Positions 60,904-64,000 of a stretch of 64,000 nucleotides of DNA are shown here, piece by piece. The first letter of the stretch is position 1, and every line of letters starts with the position of its first letter. The position numbers and the translations under genes are program-made. The notes below the pieces were generated by a model. That model had not been told where the DNA came from. It saw only the letters and a list, made by a program, of their open reading frames with translations, and made no database searches. The DNA lies in NCBI GenBank assembly GCA_009691405.1, contig SICN01000002.1, positions 5,189-69,188 of the forward strand, given 5' to 3'. The DNA is from Candidatus Peribacteria bacterium (GTDB taxonomy: Bacteria; Patescibacteriota; Gracilibacteria; Peribacterales; Peribacteraceae).

Positions 60904-63900
60904 AGGGAGGTCGTGGGACGGAGATCAATCTCGACGGGTGGAGTGAGCCAGGGGAAGAGGCGTTCCAACACGGGAAGCGTTGCATTTTCATATGGACTCT
61001 GCGAATCACTGCTTGGGAGCGTCGTGAATCTCAGTGTGTCTGCGATATCCGTAAAATCAGTATCAGCAGTTGGAAGGAATGTCGCCCATTTCGCAACGGT
61101 CGTTCTCTGGCCAGGGAGGAATGCGCAGATCACGTCTTCTTTACATTTGGGAACAGCGGGGAGCGGGAACTGGTTCCGTACACGGAGCGTTCTGCCTGCA
61201 AGATCCTCCGTTCTCTCGGGCAACCAGCGGGAATACAGTCTCGCAACACGTTCTTTCAAATCATTTTCGACATGAAGAATCCTTTCGGGGTCGCCTTTGT
61301 CGGGATTAGACGGAACGAGAACACTCTTGATGAAACGGCAGTACGAACCGCGCATATTGTTGCGATCGAGGCTGAAATTCGTTCCCTCATCCGCAACGAT
61401 TCCGTCATTCGATTCTTCTTCCCACTGCGACTCAAATTCCTGATCCCCGATCTGCGTACCGTCGATCATCACTCGGAACTTCATCAGCGTATCAATTGCT
61501 GCTGCGAGATCCATCGACGGAGGAATACCGAGCACTCTCTCGGCAGGAAGGTTCACCGTCGGTGCACTGAATTCATCAAAGACAGCGGCATCGGGGAGTG
61601 TTGGCAGCGACGGGAAATCTCCAGGGGCTTCCGGCTTCGTGCCGAGAAGTGGAGGGCGCGGCAATTTGATCTTCACCTGGATCGGCCAGAGTACTGGGAT
61701 TTTAAACTCCCCTCGTGCAGGAGCGAGGAACGAGAAATCGTAGAGCTGATCTTTCGGAGGATCGCCAATCAAATCTTGCAGGTCATCTGGAGGAACGTAA
61801 CCTGAATTTCTAGGTGAGCGGAGCGCAGCATCGCCCCACCATTTGTCGAGCAGTGAGTACACGGCGATCGAATATCGCATGTTGGAACACCACTGGAGCT
61901 GGCACTGATCCGCCTGCAACATCGAATTTTGAATATGCCTCCACACGCGTTTCAGTCTCAAGCGATCAGCATTCTTCATCGCAGCCTCCTTCAATTTCTG
62001 CGTGTTATCCTGATACCAATTCGCCATAAACCGGTCGATTTGTTTGAGAGGAGAAAGGAATCCGATCAGCTCTTTATCGAGTGCATTCCGAAGCTTGCGT
62101 TGGCTGAGGATGGCTCCGCTGTACTCTTGGAGTTTTGCAAGAATCGGATCAGCCTCCCCGGAAAAAGACGCTCGAGGAGGATTGGCGTTCTGTGCATCTG
62201 CGTCCTCAAGCTGCTTCCAGTGTTTCCACTCGAAAATCAATTTGTCGATCTCTCCCTTCGATGCCAAAGGCACGAGAATGGGGATGCGCACCTCGCTCAA
62301 AGGCATGATGTAACTCCGTTTGAATGTCGACAGCACATTCCCGATATCCTCGGGACCCGCTCGAAGTGTCAGCTCTACGGTGCCGTTTGGTTTTGAGACT
62401 TTCGCCTGCACGTATTGGAAAAGCGGATTGTCATCATCGAGTCCGGCGATAAAGCGCGCCGGCATGATGAGCCGAACGGTCGGTGCTCGCGTGAGCACGA
62501 GGAGTGCTTTCTCCTGTGCTTCCCAGTACGCACTCAAGCTCCGGTGATCGGCATCATCAAACATATCCGTACGGATGTTGTCGCGGACCGTCTTGCTCGC
62601 ACGTTGCTTCGCTTCAACAATCGAACCGATCACTCCCGTGATATCCCCGGGGTCGTCAAAATCCTTCTGCAATTCTTTGAGCTTCACGATATCGATGACG
62701 GAGAGATTCGTTTGATCATCGAGAACCCACGGATCCGCTGCGTTTCTAGAGGGACGCAGAGGATCGACCGGTGGGTCGGGGTCGGGGACATTCTCGAGCT
62801 GCTTATGCCCCACAAGATCAGGCCAGCCCTGCATCTCATTCGTGAGAACAAGTTCGCACTGCTCGTCGTTGTCTTTGCCTCCCCCGTCGCCTCTTCCGGC
62901 AGTCACCGTCGTCTGCGGATCAAAATCCGTAAGATCCTTGTTGGTCTCTTTGTAGTATTCATAACACTCTCCGCGAAGGGTCCCGAGTGCACCCGTTCCG
63001 AACCGCACATGCACTCCGGGTTGCATGAACCCCCCTGCATAGTGACGGTAAATCGAACTCGGGATGGACAGATGCTCTCCCGGCCTCTTCACATTCAGAA
63101 CCCCATACGGACCAAGAATGGTGATAACGGTCGTATACTCGCACTCGGTGATTTTGTTGTAGTGAAAGGGAAGCCAATCGGTACGACAAGTATCGTTTCT
63201 TGGGAATTCCACTGCGGCAGGAATTTCCGGTTTCCCTTCCTTGGTATCGATCATCGACGTCTCCATAATAGTATCGAAGATGCTGTATCGAGCACTCGTT
63301 CCGGTGCAGATGAACGTGTTGATGGGATCAAAACAGTACCGCTTTCTGGGGCGCGGAGGACATTTGTCATGCGGAATCGCCGAAACGGATTCGCAATCGC
63401 ACATCGATTGCACGGGGATATGGATGCCGGGAAGCTGCGACATCGCACGCCATGCGGAGGCGAGTTGTCTGCAATGCTTGGGCGTCGCGTTGTCCCAGCG
63501 GATGCACCAGTTGTACGGATTGATTTGTATTTTCCCATTTCCATCGACAAGCCTGACGGAACCGCCGTCGAAAGCAATGCAAGGGTCTGGGCCATCGCAC
63601 GGAGTGTTCTTGAAATCGATATTTTTATGGAGAATTTTATCGAGATCCTCGTCATACATCGTCTGAGCCTCCGTATGAGGTCCCGGAGGAACCGCAAGCA
63701 GATCTCCCGAGCTCGTGATGTACATATCGCACGCCGACGCGAAGCCAAAGGCGGTGTCGGGAAATTGAAACACTCCACGCGTGCCGATTCCCGTCGTCGG
63801 GGAGCCGAGAGGATTGACATTGTCGCGACCGGGAATAGCGATGGGATCCTCGGTACCGTCGGGATAATGAGCGTAAATCTCCGGAATCGGCACATCGCCT

Positions 63901-64000
63901 TGTACGGAATTGCCAATCACCTTTGCATCCGTGCCCCTTGCCCATCCTCCGCACTGCACCGTTTCTATATTGTCCTTCACTTCCTGCACCCCCGCTTGAA
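60900..64000 (-). CDS. Large orphan Cys-rich protein (>1030 aa), 5' end beyond the right edge
   Basis: The track ORF starts at GTG 63989, but the frame stays open to position 64000, so the gene is probably truncated by the window. No motif recognised. Confidence 0.65.
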   Translation of the reverse strand, partial: QAGVQEVKDNIETVQCGGWARGTDAKVIGNSVQGDVPIPEIYAHYPDGTEDPIAIPGRDNVNPLGSPTTGIGTRGVFQFPDTAFGFASACDMYITSSGDLLAVPPGPHTEAQTMYDEDLDKILHKNIDFKNTPCDGPDPCIAFDGGSVRLVDGNGKIQINPYNWCIRWDNATPKHCRQLASAWRAMSQLPGIHIPVQSMCDCESVSAIPHDKCPPRPRKRYCFDPINTFICTGTSARYSIFDTIMETSMIDTKEGKPEIPAAVEFPRNDTCRTDWLPFHYNKITECEYTTVITILGPYGVLNVKRPGEHLSIPSSIYRHYAGGFMQPGVHVRFGTGALGTLRGECYEYYKETNKDLTDFDPQTTVTAGRGDGGGKDNDEQCELVLTNEMQGWPDLVGHKQLENVPDPDPPVDPLRPSRNAADPWVLDDQTNLSVIDIVKLKELQKDFDDPGDITGVIGSIVEAKQRASKTVRDNIRTDMFDDADHRSLSAYWEAQEKALLVLTRAPTVRLIMPARFIAGLDDDNPLFQYVQAKVSKPNGTVELTLRAGPEDIGNVLSTFKRSYIMPLSEVRIPILVPLASKGEIDKLIFEWKHWKQLEDADAQNANPPRASFSGEADPILAKLQEYSGAILSQRKLRNALDKELIGFLSPLKQIDRFMANWYQDNTQKLKEAAMKNADRLRLKRVWRHIQNSMLQADQCQLQWCSNMRYSIAVYSLLDKWWGDAALRSPRNSGYVPPDDLQDLIGDPPKDQLYDFSFLAPARGEFKIPVLWPIQVKIKLPRPPLLGTKPEAPGDFPSLPTLPDAAVFDEFSAPTVNLPAERVLGIPPSMDLAAAIDTLMKFRVMIDGTQIGDQEFESQWEEESNDGIVADEGTNFSLDRNNMRGSYCRFIKSVLVPSNPDKGDPERILHVENDLKERVARLYSRWLPERTEDLAGRTLRVRNQFPLPAVPKCKEDVICAFLPGQRTTVAKWATFLPTADTDFTDIADTLRFTTLPSSDSQSPYENATLPVLERLFPWLTPPVEIDLRPTTSL

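Overview
Gene-dense, moderately GC-rich bacterial chromosomal segment with about 50 protein genes, short spacers and several 4-nt ATGA start/stop overlaps. It reads cleanly with the standard code (for example a 1243-codon dnaE with no internal stop). The recognisable content is housekeeping. Envelope and peptidoglycan genes: FtsQ-like protein, S11 DD-carboxypeptidase, LysM-M23 peptidase, amidase_2-SpoIID fusion, two GT4 glycosyltransferases, a frameshifted GT-C glycosyltransferase, galU, a phosphohexomutase and an SLH-domain surface protein. Metabolism: zwf and pgl, pabA plus a fused pabB-pabC, metK behind a SAM-I riboswitch, pyrF and an nnr dehydratase. Translation: serS, aspS, a YbaK/ProX deacylase, tsaC, tRNA-Asp(GUC) and tRNA-Leu(UAG). 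DNA metabolism: dnaE, uvrB, recJ, comM/yifB, yraN and nrdR. Also present are hsp20 with a divergent XRE regulator and a CaCA antiporter. I saw no rRNA, CRISPR array, transposase or integrase. Large orphan ORFs with no motif I recognise are interspersed. There are two candidate undescribed systems. (i) A translationally coupled five-gene operon of exported Cys-rich orphan proteins at 55686-64000, just upstream of dnaE. (ii) An operon at 36716-41044 encoding a secreted cysteine-rich-repeat protein, a membrane-tethered ECF-like sigma factor and ApbE, facing an FMN-binding lipoprotein. Other notable points: a family of GC-rich palindromic or G-rich mini-repeats found both in spacers and in-frame inside conserved enzymes (pabB, tsaC, recJ, a GT4 gene); a tRNA-Asp-derived tRNA-like paralog; many leaderless-type promoters; and decay relics (sigma region-4 fragment, SLH fragment, split GT-C gene). 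The overall style suggests a reduced-genome uncultivated bacterium (CPR/Peregrinibacteria-like), but that is inference only, since no database search was possible. Hand-derived coordinates of non-ORF features are +/-2 nt.
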